A DNA stretch of 64,000 nucleotides from Macrostomum lignano (taxonomy: Eukaryota). Below, one piece after another: positions 37,601 to 48,867 of the stretch. Below the pieces are notes generated by a model. It was not told where the DNA came from. It ran no database searches and saw only the letters and a program-made list of their open reading frames with translations. Every line of letters starts with the position of its first letter. Within the stretch, counting starts at the first letter, position 1. The translations under genes and the position numbers were made by a program. The stretch is taken from contig NIVC01000085.1 of the NCBI GenBank assembly GCA_002269645.1, positions 248,001-312,000 on the forward strand, given 5' to 3'.

Positions 37601-40600
37601 CAGTTCCAAGTGAGACTGTGTCAGTTCCAAGTAAGACTGTGTCAGTCCCAATTGAGACTGTGTCAGTCCCAATAAGACTGTGTCAGTTCCAAGTGAAACT
37701 GTGTCAGTCCCAAGTGAGACTGTGTCAGTCCCAAGCGAGACTGTGTCAGTTCTAATTCAGACTGTGTCAGTCCCAAGTCAGACTGTGTCAGTCCTAAGTC
37801 AGACTGTGTCAGTTCCAAGTGAGACTGTGTCAGTTCCAAGTGAGACTGTGTCAGTTCCAAGTGAGACTGTGTCAGTTCCCAAGTGAGACTGTGTCAGTTC
37901 CCAAGTGAGACTGTGTCAGTTCCAATTTGAGACTGTGTCAGTTCCCAAGTGAGACTGCGTCAGTCCCAAGCGAGACTGTGTCAGTCCCAAGAAGACTGTG
38001 TCAGTTCCAAGTGAGACTGTGTCAGTCCCAAGCGAGACTGTGTCAGTTCCAAGTGAGACTGTGTCAGTTCCAAGCGAGACTGTGTCAGTTCCAAGCGAGA
38101 CTGTGTCAGTCCCAAGCGAGACTGTGTCAGTCCCAAGCGAGACTGTGTCAGTTCTAATTCAGACTGTGTCAGTTCCAAGCGAGACTGTGTCAGTCCCAAG
38201 TCAGACTGTGTCATTCCCAAGCGAGACTGTGTCAGTCCCAAGTCAGACTGTGTCAGTCCCAAGCGAGACTGTGTCAGTCCCAAGTCAGACTGTGTCATTC
38301 CCAAGTGAGACTGTGTCAGTCTTAAGTGAGACTGTGTCAGTTCTAATTCAGACTGTGTCAGTCCTAAGTCAGACTGTGTCATTCCCAAGTGAGACTGTGT
38401 CAGTCTTAAGTGAAACTGTGTCAGTCCCAAGTGAGACTGTGTCAGTCCCAAGTGAGACTGTGTCAGTCCCAAGTCAGACTGTGTCAGTCCCAAGTGAGAC
38501 TGTGTCAGTTCCAAGTGAGATTGTGTCAGTTCCAAGTGAGACTGTCAGTTCCAAGTGAGACTGTGTCAGTTCCAAGTGAGACTGTGTCAGTTCCAATAAG
38601 ACTGTGTCAGTTCCAAGTGAGACTGTGTCAGTCCCAAGTGAAAATGTGTCAGTTCCAAGTGAGACTGTGTCAGTTCCAAATGAGACTGTGTCAGTCCCAA
38701 GTGAGACTGTGTCAGTCCCAAGTGAGACTTATAAGCTTCCTAGTTGGCCGCAAACTAAGAACCTTACATATGATTAATAGTGACTCAAACGAGGTAGAAT
38801 ATGCTTGGATGTTATTTACCGATCAACCATATAATTATATTTACTACTGCATTTTCAACGTTTGTATTAATAAGCAAATAAGCGAGCTACAAGCAGGGAG
38901 AACAAGTCTGAGACACTACGGTATAACTAAGCTACTCAAATACTCCTATTAATCTATTATATATATATATATAAATTACGCCTATCTACCTGGTCTGAGA
39001 CCGATACGCTAATATTCATAAATCTATAGTCATGTCAGTGCTCAGTCTTACCCTCCGGTCACAGGTGTCTGCAGAAGCGGTCGTCGTGATTTACAAACTA
39101 TTAAGCAATCCAAAAGTTAATACAAGGCGTTTAAAAGAGAGTGAAAAGAGAGTGAGAAAAGGGTAAAGTTTTTAGCATTTAACCCCTCGCTTATTTATAG
39201 TAAATTTCCCCGATGAAGTCCCTGTGAAACTGTCTGCGTTATCATTTCCCACGTCTTCCAGCCACCGCGCAATTCCGGCCGATTCTCACGGTTCCCCTTT
39301 CTCGTGCGATTCCTGAAATGCCTCTGTTAAAAAATGTAATTGAACCCCGCCCCACATAAAGGCATACAACCCCTCTAAAGTGGAAGCAGACTTTTACGGC
39401 GGCCTGCACTCGCCCTTTGCAATGCCGTCATCAAGCACTTGTGGCTTTTTGTAAGAGTGCAGCTGTCCACAACTGCTACACTCCACCACGCTCTGATAAC
39501 AATGCAATTCCCTAATTTCCTAAATCCTAAGTCATATTCCTAATAGTTCCTACGATAGTCCCTAAATAGTCCCTAAGGCCTACATGCATATGAAATTGAA
39601 TCCTTATAAGACTGTGTCAGTCCCAAGTGAGACTGTGTCAGTCCCAATAAGACTGTGTCAGTTCCAAGTGAGACTGTGTCAGTCCCAAGTGAGACTGTGT
39701 CAGTCCCAAGTGAGACTGTGTCAGTCCCAAGTGAGACTGTGTCAGTCCCCAGTGAGACTGTGTCAGTTCCCAAGTGAGATTGTGTCAGTCCCAAGTGAAA
39801 CTGTGTCAGTCCCCAGTGAGACTGTGTCAGTCCCAAGTGAGACTGTGTCAGTCCCAAGTGAGACTGTGTCAGTCCCAAGCGAGACTGTGTCAGTTCTAAT
39901 TCAGACTGTGTCATTTCCAAGCGAGACTGTGTCATTTCCAAGCGAGACTGTGTCAGTCCCAAGTCAGACTGTGTCATTCCCAAGAGAGACTGTGTCAGTC
40001 CCAAGTCAGACTGTGTCAGTCCCAAGTCAGACTGTGTCAGTCCCAATCGAGACTGTGTCAGTCCCAAGTGAGACTGTGTCAGTCCCAAGTGAAACTGTGT
40101 CAGTCCCAAGTGAGACTGTGTCAGTCCCAAGTGAGACTGTGTCAGTCCCAAGAAGACTGTGTCAGTTCCAAGTGAGACTGTGTCAGTCCCAAGTGAGACT
40201 GTGTCAGTCCCAAGAAGACTGTGTCAGTTCCAAGTGAGACTGTGTCAGTCCCAATAAGACTGTGTCAGTCCCAAGTGAGACTGTGTCAGTCCCAATAAGA
40301 CTGTGTCAGTTCCAAGTGAGACTGTGTCAGTCCCAAGTGAGACTGTGTCAGTCCCAAGTGAGACTGTGTCAGTCCCAAGTGAGACTGTGTCAGTCCCCAG
40401 TGAGACTGTGTCAGTTCCCAAGTGAGACTGTGTCAGTCCCAAGTGAAACTGTGTCAGTCCCCAGTGAGACTGTGTCAGTCCCCAGTGAGACTGTGTCAGT
40501 TCCCAAGTGAGACTGTGTCAGTCCCAAGTGAAACTGTGTCAGTCCCAAGTGAGACTGTGTCAGTCCCGAGTGAGACTGTGTCAGTCCCAAGTGAAACTGT

Positions 40601-40765
40601 GTCAGTCCCAAGTGAGACTGTGTCAGTCCCAAGTGAGACTGTGTCAGTCCCCAGTGAGACTGTGTCAGTTCCCAAGTGAAACTGTGTCAGTTCCCAAGTG
40701 AGACTGTGTCAGTTCCAAGTGAGACTGTGTCAGTTCCCAAGTGAAACTGTGTCAGTTCCCAAGTG
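34610..40765. repeat. ~6-kb 21-22-bp minisatellite (GAGACTGTGTCAGTTCCAAGT), interrupted at 38730-39608
   Basis: Seen directly; shows higher-order internal duplication and a TTCC-to-TCCC variant gradient. Confidence 0.95.
38730..39608. mobile_element. 879-bp solo-LTR-like insertion with 5-bp TSD (AGACT) and TATAAG...CTTATA ends
   Basis: AGACT at 38725-38729 and 39609-39613; 6-bp terminal inverted repeat; non-coding interior with a minus-strand TATAAATA near 39194-39201. Confidence 0.6.
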
Positions 40766-41664
40766 AGCAACTGTCGGCGATGAGAGTGCGAGACCGTCAT
40801 AAACCTCTACGGGCTCCTATTTTATTATTGAACTCTAACTTCAGCACGAAATATTGAAAAATTTTATGAGCCTGACTTCCTGGCTGAAAGGTGGCACAAG
40901 TGCCTCTGCAGGTGTGACGGATATCCTGAGATTTGCGGGCGGGCCGCAGAAAGTGCAATTACGAATAGGCCCAGGTGCCGTAAGTGTGTGAGCGCAATTC
41001 AGAAGCGCGCAGTCACCAATGCCACCGCTTCATATCCGATGCTATTGAAGTAGGCAGTCCCTTCGACAAAAGGTTATGTTTAAGACTTTGCAATATAGGT
41101 TGGGGAGGGGGGATGGCAGGCAACAAACTTGCATTGCCTTTTTCGCTTGGGTTAGAAATATTGGGGCCGCCATTTTGTTGCGGAAGAACAGAACCGGTCG
41201 CGTGTAGCATTCAGCCTTTTTTATCTGGCGTTTCGCCTCATCTTGTGCGAGGAAACGAAATAAGAGTCTCTTCTGGGGTGAAGTAGCAGTCCCCAAGTAG
41301 ACATGGAAATTCAAGGCCGATTTTTTGGGAGGAAGCACGCGACGAGAGGAAATATTGCTTCTGCAGTGCTGCTGGAGAGCTGGAATTTGTTTGTATTTTT
41401 TTGAGGGGGGGGGGCGATGGAAAATGCCAGCTGCGAAACCGACACATTGACAGCTGCATACTTATAATTTACAAAATGAAGCATCTTGGAGCAAATGGCA
41501 GCTTCGCTCAAAACGGACTCTCAGAATGCGAACTGATCTACACCATCATCAACACCAGAATAATATTTTAATGCAGTCTCCTAATTTATTAGATTAGTTT
41601 AATCAATTATAATTAATTGCAAGCTGCTTTCCAGGTGTTCTAAAGTAGTATAATCCTGTCGCAA

Positions 41665-42195
41665 TAAAACCCCAAACCCCAACAGCCCAGCCAGCCACTT
41701 CAAATCAGGCACGGCAATAAAACCCAAACCCCAACAGCCCAGCCAGCCACTTCAAATCAGGCACGGCAATAAAACCCAAACCCCCACAGCCCAGCTAGCC
41801 ACTTCAAATCAGGCACGGCAATAAAACCCAAACCCCCACAGCCCAGCCAGCTACTTCAAATCAGGCACGGCAATAAAACCCAAACCCCCACAGCCCAGCT
41901 AGCCACTTCAAATCAGGCACGGCAATAAAACCCAAACCCCCACAGCCCAGCCAGCTACTTCAAATCAGGCACGGCAATAAAACCCAAACCCCAACAGCCC
42001 AGCCCCAGCCACTTCAAATCAGGCACGGCAATAAAACCCCAAACCCCAACAGTCCAGCCAGCCACTTCAAATCAGGCACGGCAATAAAACCCCAAACCCC
42101 AACAGTCCAGCCAGCCACTTCAAATCAGGCACGGCAATAAAACCCCAAACCCCAACAGTCCAGCCAGCCACTTCAAATCAGGCCCGACAATAAAA
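41665..42195. repeat. ~52-bp tandem repeat x10 (GGCAATAAAACCCAAACCCCAACAGCCCAGCCAGCCACTTCAAATCAGGCAC)
   Basis: Seen directly. Confidence 0.9.
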
Positions 42196-43254
42196 CCCAT
42201 TTCAACACGTATTGTCTAAAGAATATACCAATAAAAATGCAAAACTGTAACAACAGCGCCAGACAAGTCAATTCTAGTTCAGGAAATTGCCCAACTTGTC
42301 AACAAATGGGCAGTACAGACGTATATTTGGCTAAAAAAATAAAATAGAAAAGCGAATGTCTTTTTTGTTTTAAAAAACTTTGTTAACTTGATAACAATAA
42401 ATCAGATAAATAAAAGATAATGAACAGTGGTTATCAGCTACAAGGTACATCGTACCCGAACACACATGCGGCCTGTGAGAGCACAGCTCAGTAACAAAAT
42501 ACAGATTTCATATTTTTAAGCAAGCACAAGTCAAAACAATGAACTTAAGAATGAGTTTTTTCCACAGCCAAATATAATTTAAAAAATGTAATGTAAAACA
42601 CATGACACTAAACCAACAGGCAGCATATATAACTGTTTGTACTCTGATATGGACGGATTTTCGCAATTACACGAACCAAAGGACAATTAACAGAGATATT
42701 AAAAACGCAAGTTAATGGAATGAATTCAGGTCATGAAGCACTGAAATTGCGTTAATTTTAACTAATAATAACCATAATTGGGGAAAACACTTACTGTACT
42801 ACTGATCGCAGCATTAGTGAGTAGTGCAACAAGTAGCCAATGACAGCAGATAACTACATAAAATCTGAAATTAAAAAAGACAAACCATGTTTTGTTTGAG
42901 TACATGGCTTAAACATTGTGGCAAAGTGAATTGATATCTATTAATTGGGAATCCAGCTCTAAAAAATGAATTCGGATAAACATGAAACAGACACGGTTAC
43001 AAGTACTATATACTCGTAAAATGTATGCACAGCATTTAGTTACAGTACCCGCGAAAACCTAGATCACATGTTGTAGAAAATATTCATTACGGTCTACGAG
43101 TATTCTATAATCTAGCAAACAATTAAACACGTAAGCAATGTATGGTTAATATTTTAAATAAACTTCGTTGTGCAAATTAGGGAAGATTTCCGAAAATGAG
43201 TGACAGATTAAGGTAGACAAATAAATAACTAAGACAGCTAGGAGAACGCAATAG

Positions 43255-43710
43255 ACGTGTCGGAGCACACTAGGGAGAGTGAGCAGTGAGCATACTGGAG
43301 TGTCTGAGTACATTAGGGAGTGCCTAAGCACACTGGGGAGTGCCTGAGCACACTAGGGAGTGTCTGAGCAGCCTGAAAAGTGCCTGAGCACACTGGAGAG
43401 TGTCTGAGCACACTGGAGAGTGCCTCAGCACACTGGGGAGTGCCTGAGCACACTAGGGAGTGTCTGAGCAGCCTGAAAAGTTCCTGAGCATTGGAGAGTG
43501 TCTGAGTACACTGGAGAGTGCCTCAGCACACTGGGGAGTGTCTGAGCACATTGGAGAGTGTCTGAGCACACTGGAAAGTGCCCCAGCACACTGGAGAGTG
43601 CCTCAGCACACTGGGGGAGTGTCTGAGCACACTGGGGAGTGCCTGAGCACACTGGGGAGTGCCGGAGCACACTGGGTAGTATCTGTGCACACTGGGGGAG
43701 TGCCGGAGCA
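43255..43710. repeat. ~20-bp minisatellite (GAGCACACTGGGGAGTGTCT)
   Basis: Begins ~20 bp beyond the stop codon of the ALMS-motif gene. Confidence 0.9.
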
Positions 43711-43727
43711 CACAAAAACAAAATTAA

Positions 43728-46700
43728 TCAGTCAATAGCCCTCCAGCCGCCATTCCGTTTGAGCACATTCCTGAGCAGCCTCTCGCCGTACACCTGCTGT
43801 CTCAGCCTGTTATTCCTCAGTCGAGCTGCCCGACGTTCGGCCTCCTCGCGTGCAACTGTCTCTGGCCAGCGTTTCACGCCGCCGCCATTGACAATCAGCA
43901 CAGGCTTGCGCTTCTGCTGTTTCCGCTGCTGCTGCCCAGCAGGAGCGGCAGAATTCCTGGTTGGCGACCGCACCTTGAGCCGATATGCCCAGGTCTTGGT
44001 CGGGGGCAGCTTCGCCGAAGTCGGTCGCTGCTGCTCAGCGGCCGGCGCAGCGGCCAGCCTTGGAGAGGCGAACAGCTGGAGCCGATCGCGTTCCAGGTCC
44101 GCCACCACCTGCCGCTCCTCGGCAGCCAGCCGAACTCGCCGCTGTCTGGCCCGGCTTCGACTAACAAAATCCGACATTCGCTGGTTGAAGGCGTCCTGCA
44201 GTTGTTTGGTCGGTTGGCTGGTTGACTGCTCCTCCTGCTGCTCATCCGGACGCTCCTCATCTTCCAGTTCAATAATCCTCCGTCGGGATTCTTGAGGCTC
44301 AGGCGGAGTCGGAGTCGATTGTGATGTCGCTTTCTGCCGCTCAACAGGCAGGAACCAGGCCAGGCCTCGGGGAGCGATTTTGGCCGACCGATTGGCTCGG
44401 AGAAAAATCTGATCGATCTCGTCCGGCCGCTCATGATGCGGCGGCGGGGGCGGCTGCTGCGGCTGTTGCTGCCTTCGCCGGCCTACGCTGCTCATGCTGT
44501 GCGGCAGAGTGGGCTCATCCAGAGTCTGAGTAGCATCGGTCCGATCTGTCGGCAGCGGAGTCACCGTGCCGCAGGACTCATCGTCCTCGTCTTCCAGATC
44601 TTCGCTGTCCTCCGCTGCCGCCGAGGCGCTGATTGTTGTCGGGTCAGCATTGGAGTTGAAGTCATGCCGGCCTCGGGTTGTTATCGTGACGGTTTTGCGC
44701 GGCTGCTGCTGCTGCTGCTGCTGACCGCCGCCGGCGAGAATCGGCTTCGGAGCTGCACCGACGCGACGTCGAACGACGCTGCCGTCGCCGACACCCGATC
44801 CGGAGCCGGAACCGGAGCCGCGCTCACACAGCAGGCGCTGTAGAATTCGAATCCGCTCCCGGCGCCTCCGCTCCGCCGCGCGCGCCTCCATCAGCTTCTC
44901 TTTCTGGCGAAGCAGCAGCGCCTGCAGGCGGAGCGTCTGCGCGTCCAGGTCACTCACGTCCGATGTCGGCGCGTCGAAATCGGCATCATCGACATCCACA
45001 TCGTCAATTTCGATCTCGTCGTCCTTTTTCAAGTCGTCTCGGCGATGCTGGTGACGATCGGCCGATGAGGAGTTGGAAGTCAGCGAGGTCGGGTCGACCC
45101 GGCCGAGAACGGCTGGCAGCGGGTCGGCCAGCAGCTGGCGAAGGCCGCGGGGTCGCCTGGCCCGCTGGAATTTCTCCCAGGCCTGCGGGCGCGAGATGTT
45201 TGAGATGGAGAGTGAGGAAAATACTGCAGCCAGCTCACACAGGATGTACAGGGGCCCTGACTTTCTATGGTGGCATCCAGGCCAAGAGGCGTCTCAATGA
45301 CTCTAGACGACTCTAGGAACGACGAGATGTCGCGGTACAAGTCGCTAAAGAGTCGCCTGGGTCAGTTTGACGCTTCTATAATGACTTTAGAAGCACTCGC
45401 GACTCAAACAGGCTCATTACAGTTGTTTGAGTCGTTATCAATTAATAATAATAATTGATTACACCTGCCCTAATGGCCAGATGTGCAACCGACAGCTCAG
45501 CCGCAGCTATTGCGCGGCGCATCTGAAGGCTGAGTACGAAGGACTTGGAGAGGGGGTCGCCACACACAGCCTCAATTACCCCAGCTAATGCTGGCACCCA
45601 TTTTACAGCTGGGTGAACTGAAGCAATGCAGAGTTTGAGTCTCTTGCTCAAGGACACAAATTGTTCCGAGTGAGTCAAGAATCGAACCCCCGACCTTCAA
45701 GTCGTGAGTCCGACGCTCGGACCACTAGGCTTTTGAGTCGTTAAAAAAGTCACAAGAGTCGCCCCCAGAGTCCTTAGAGTCACCAGTGAGCTGTTCGCAA
45801 TGACTCTCTATAGCGATTCTTGCAACTGAGCTCCCACATCTGACTCACCTGCTGCAGCTGGGCATCAGCAGACGAGCCGCCAGCAGTAGCCGCCGCCCGC
45901 GGAGTGTCGTCCAAGGAAGTGACGTCATCCTCCGTAGCTCCGCCGCCGCCTCCTCCCCCATTGCGGCCAACCCGAGACGAGCCGAAAGCTTCGCGAGGAA
46001 ACCTGGGCGGCACGGCATCATTTGAGCCTGGGTGAGTGGACTCTCGGGTCTCTTCTTCTTCTTCATCATCATCATCTTCAGGTACTGCAGGCTCAGCCTC
46101 CTCCTGCCGGCGCTCTCCAGCTTCATCATTGTCCTCGTCATAATAGTAGAATCCCTCAGGAGCGGTGGCTGAGCGCTGAACTCTGCCACTGCCATTTAGT
46201 CGCTGACGCAAGCCGCGATCTGCAGCCTCCGCCTCATCTAGCAGACGCTGATACTGGGCGGTGCCCTGATTAGCGTCACCAAACTGATGAAGCTGGTACT
46301 TCCGCCGGGCCTGGGGCCGATAATAGCGAGCATTTTCGGGATCTTCGGGATCCGGGCTGCTCAGAAATGTCGCCTCGTCGCCTAGGTAATAGCCTCTATG
46401 ATGAAGCTGAGGCTGCGAATGATGCTGCTGCTGCTGCTGCTGTTGTTGTTGTTGTTGATGCCGGCCCCGCTGGGTCACCTGGTCAATGGGCCTACGGGAA
46501 CGGTCTGACTGCAACATGGCACAGCCAGCCGTCAATGCCCCGCTCACCATAGGACAGGGGCCTTGCACCTGCTGCTGCTGTTGATGTTGAGGAGGCTGGG
46601 CAGCTGGAGGCTCAGATTGATGATGCGTCTCGTAGTAACGCTGCCGAGTTGATTCGTCAGCTACGGCGCTCCCACCGCCTCCGCCTCCATTTCCGCCATC

Positions 46701-47570
46701 TCCATCCGCCCCAATATCCGCCCCGTAGTCCCATTTCAGCCTGACTGGCGAACTGCCACTGCCTCCGCTGCCGCCGCCGCCGCCATTGAGAAAGCGCCGT
46801 TCGGCCAGTCGGCTTTGAATCTCGTCCAAGTCGCGTCGCAATGATTCGTAGTCGAATTCTGGCAGATCCGCAGCTGCGGCAGCTGGCGGCGGGGGCGGCG
46901 ACGGTGAGGCCGAGGCGGGCCGGCCGAGCATCGCGTAGATGCTGTTTTTGGCCGCCTCTAAGCGGATGGCCCGTTCGGCCGGACTCGGAGATCTCCGGCC
47001 ACTATAACCGGACATCTCCTCGTCGACTTCGGCGGCAGCAGCTGCTTCGCTGTCTTCGTAACGCTCCCGACGGGAGAGTCGGGCAGCTGAGGCTGCTGGA
47101 GCGCTGCTGGCTTCATCTGGCAGCGGAGACCAAGGATCTGTGAGGCGATGTTGGAAGCTGCCGCCGCCACCGCCACTGACCTCAGATGGCCGCTCCTGAG
47201 CTGCTGGAGGAGGCGGCGGAGGCGGTGGAGAAGGCGGCGAAGGAGATGGTTGCGGCTCTTTTGAACTGTCTTCTTCTATTTCTTCTTCTAGTTGTAGCTG
47301 CTGCTGCTGTACTTCTTCCGCTCGCGGTTCGCTTTCAGTTTGCCGGTCTTCTTCTTTGTTTGCATTTGTTGCAGTTTCTGTCGGAGTCTGGGCAGCAGAA
47401 GCAGCTTCATCAACTGATTCTGCAGCTGTTGGCAGCTCAGTTGGTTTCCCAACGCTGGTCTCGGCTGCTTCTGCTTCTGCTGTTGTTGCCGCTGCTGCTG
47501 CTGCAGAAGCAGAAACGCCTTCTTCTGGCGAGTCCTCTTGCGTCTGCTGCGGATCCATGAAATAATGCAT
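43728..47570 (-). CDS. ALMS-motif (ALMS1/CEP295/C10orf90 family) centriolar-type protein, ~1058 aa; exons 47570-45849 and 45182-43728
   Basis: Two long open exons joined in phase 0 (CAG|GTGAG...CCGCAG|GCC). The C-terminus LQDAFNQRMSDFVSRSRARQRRV...PETVAREEAERR...NNRLRQQVYGERLLRNVLKRNGGW matches the recalled ALMS1 C-terminal motif (LQEAL...DFISRS..R; PEV...EEKR....RLRAQLY.....LL....W). The rest is low complexity. The start could be the Met at 47570 or at 47558. Confidence 0.75.
45443..45730 (-). mobile_element. Full-length tRNA-derived SINE (CORE-like central box, (ATT)n tail) in the ALMS-gene intron
   Basis: Minus strand: GCCTAGTGGTCCGAG (A box), GGGGTTCGATTC (B box), GTGTCCTTGAGCAAG, TTCAGTTCACCCAGCTGTAAAATGGGTGCCAGC, tail GTGTAATCAATTATTATT. 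Confidence 0.85.
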
Positions 47571-47637
47571 TGAAACTTGAATAGATTTTTTTATAGTTAC
47601 TGGTACGGCTACAAATTAGTTACCCGATGGTAAATCA

Positions 47638-47689
47638 ACTAGTAGTAGTAGTAGTAGTAGTAGAAGTAGTAGTAGTAGAAGTAGTAGTA

Positions 47690-47742
<53 letters not shown>

Positions 47743-47755
47743 TGTTGTTGTAGAT
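47638..47755. repeat. (AGT)n microsatellite
   Basis: Seen directly. Confidence 0.95.
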
Positions 47756-48119
47756 GTAGTGAGTGTTAAGGATACTATTTAGCAATAAGTCTGTACGTAC
47801 TACTAATAGTAGTTAAATTAATAGTGCCACTAGCACGGCCCAAATACCTAAGCAAAAAAAAACATAAAAAAATCGAAGTCTTAAGTTGGCACACAAAAAA
47901 GTTTAACAAAACCTGCACTCTCGTGTACTTATTTATGCAAGTAGTATACAGTGCGCAAAAAAGAACTCTGAAAGTCAGGAGCACTGAATCAATAATAGAA
48001 AGTCACTAACAGTTATCAAGAATCTTCTACAACAAATTATGGGAAGCAATTTTTGTAACGCAAGTCCAATTAACTGGATATCATTGGGTTAGGCATTTTA
48101 GTTAGTGAGCGATGCAGTC

Positions 48120-48867
48120 AGCTAGTGAGTCAGTGAGTCAGTGAGTGAGTCAGTGAGTGAGTCAGTGAGTGAGTCAGTGAGTGAGTCAGTGAGTCAGCCA
48201 GTGAGTTAGTCAGTGAGTCAGTGAGTCAGTCAGTGAGTCAGTCAGTGATTCAGTGAGTCAGTCAGTGAGTCAGTCAGTGATTCAGTGAGTCAGTCAGTGA
48301 GTCAGTCAGTGAGTCAGTGAGTCAGTCAGTGAGTCAGTCAGTGAGTCAGTGAGTCAGTGAGTCAGTCAGTGAGTCAGTCAGTGAGTCAGTGAGTCAGTCA
48401 GTGAGTCAGTCAGTGAGTCAGTGAGTCAGTCAGTGAGTCAGTCAGTGATTCAGTGAGTCAGTCAGTGATTCAGTGAGTCAGTCAGTGAGTCAGTTAGTCA
48501 GTCAGTGAGTCAGTGAGTCAGTCAGTAAGTCAGTCAGTAAGTGAGTCAGTCAGTGAGTCAGTGAGTCAGTTTGTGAGTGAGTCAGTGAGTCAGTCAGTGA
48601 GTCAGTCAGTGAGTCAGTCAGTAAGTCAGTCAGTAAGTGAGTCAGTCAGTGAGTCAGTGAGTCAGTCAGTTTGTGAGTGAGTCAGTGAGTCAGTGAGTCA
48701 GTCAGTGAGTCAGTCAGTCAGTCAGTCAGTGAGTGAGTGAGTGGGTGAGTCAGTCAGTGAGTCAGTCAGTCCGTCAGTCAGTGAGTGAACCAGTGAGTCA
48801 GTGAGTCAGTCAGTGAGTCAGTCAGTCAGTGAGTCAGTCAGTTAGTCAGTCAGTGAGTCAGTCAGTC
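48120..48867. repeat. (AGTC/GTGA)n compound microsatellite overlapping the USP stop codon
   Basis: Seen directly. Confidence 0.95.

Noticed and set aside
40984-41511. Overlapping 65-100 aa ORFs and a YY1-like GCCGCCATTTT motif
   Set aside because: No homology, splice structure or element boundaries could be established.
45200-45362. Possible extra internal exon of the ALMS-motif gene (RLFSDLYRDISSFLE...)
   Set aside because: It needs a phase-2 entry, but the upstream exon ends in phase 0. The two-exon model is already in frame.
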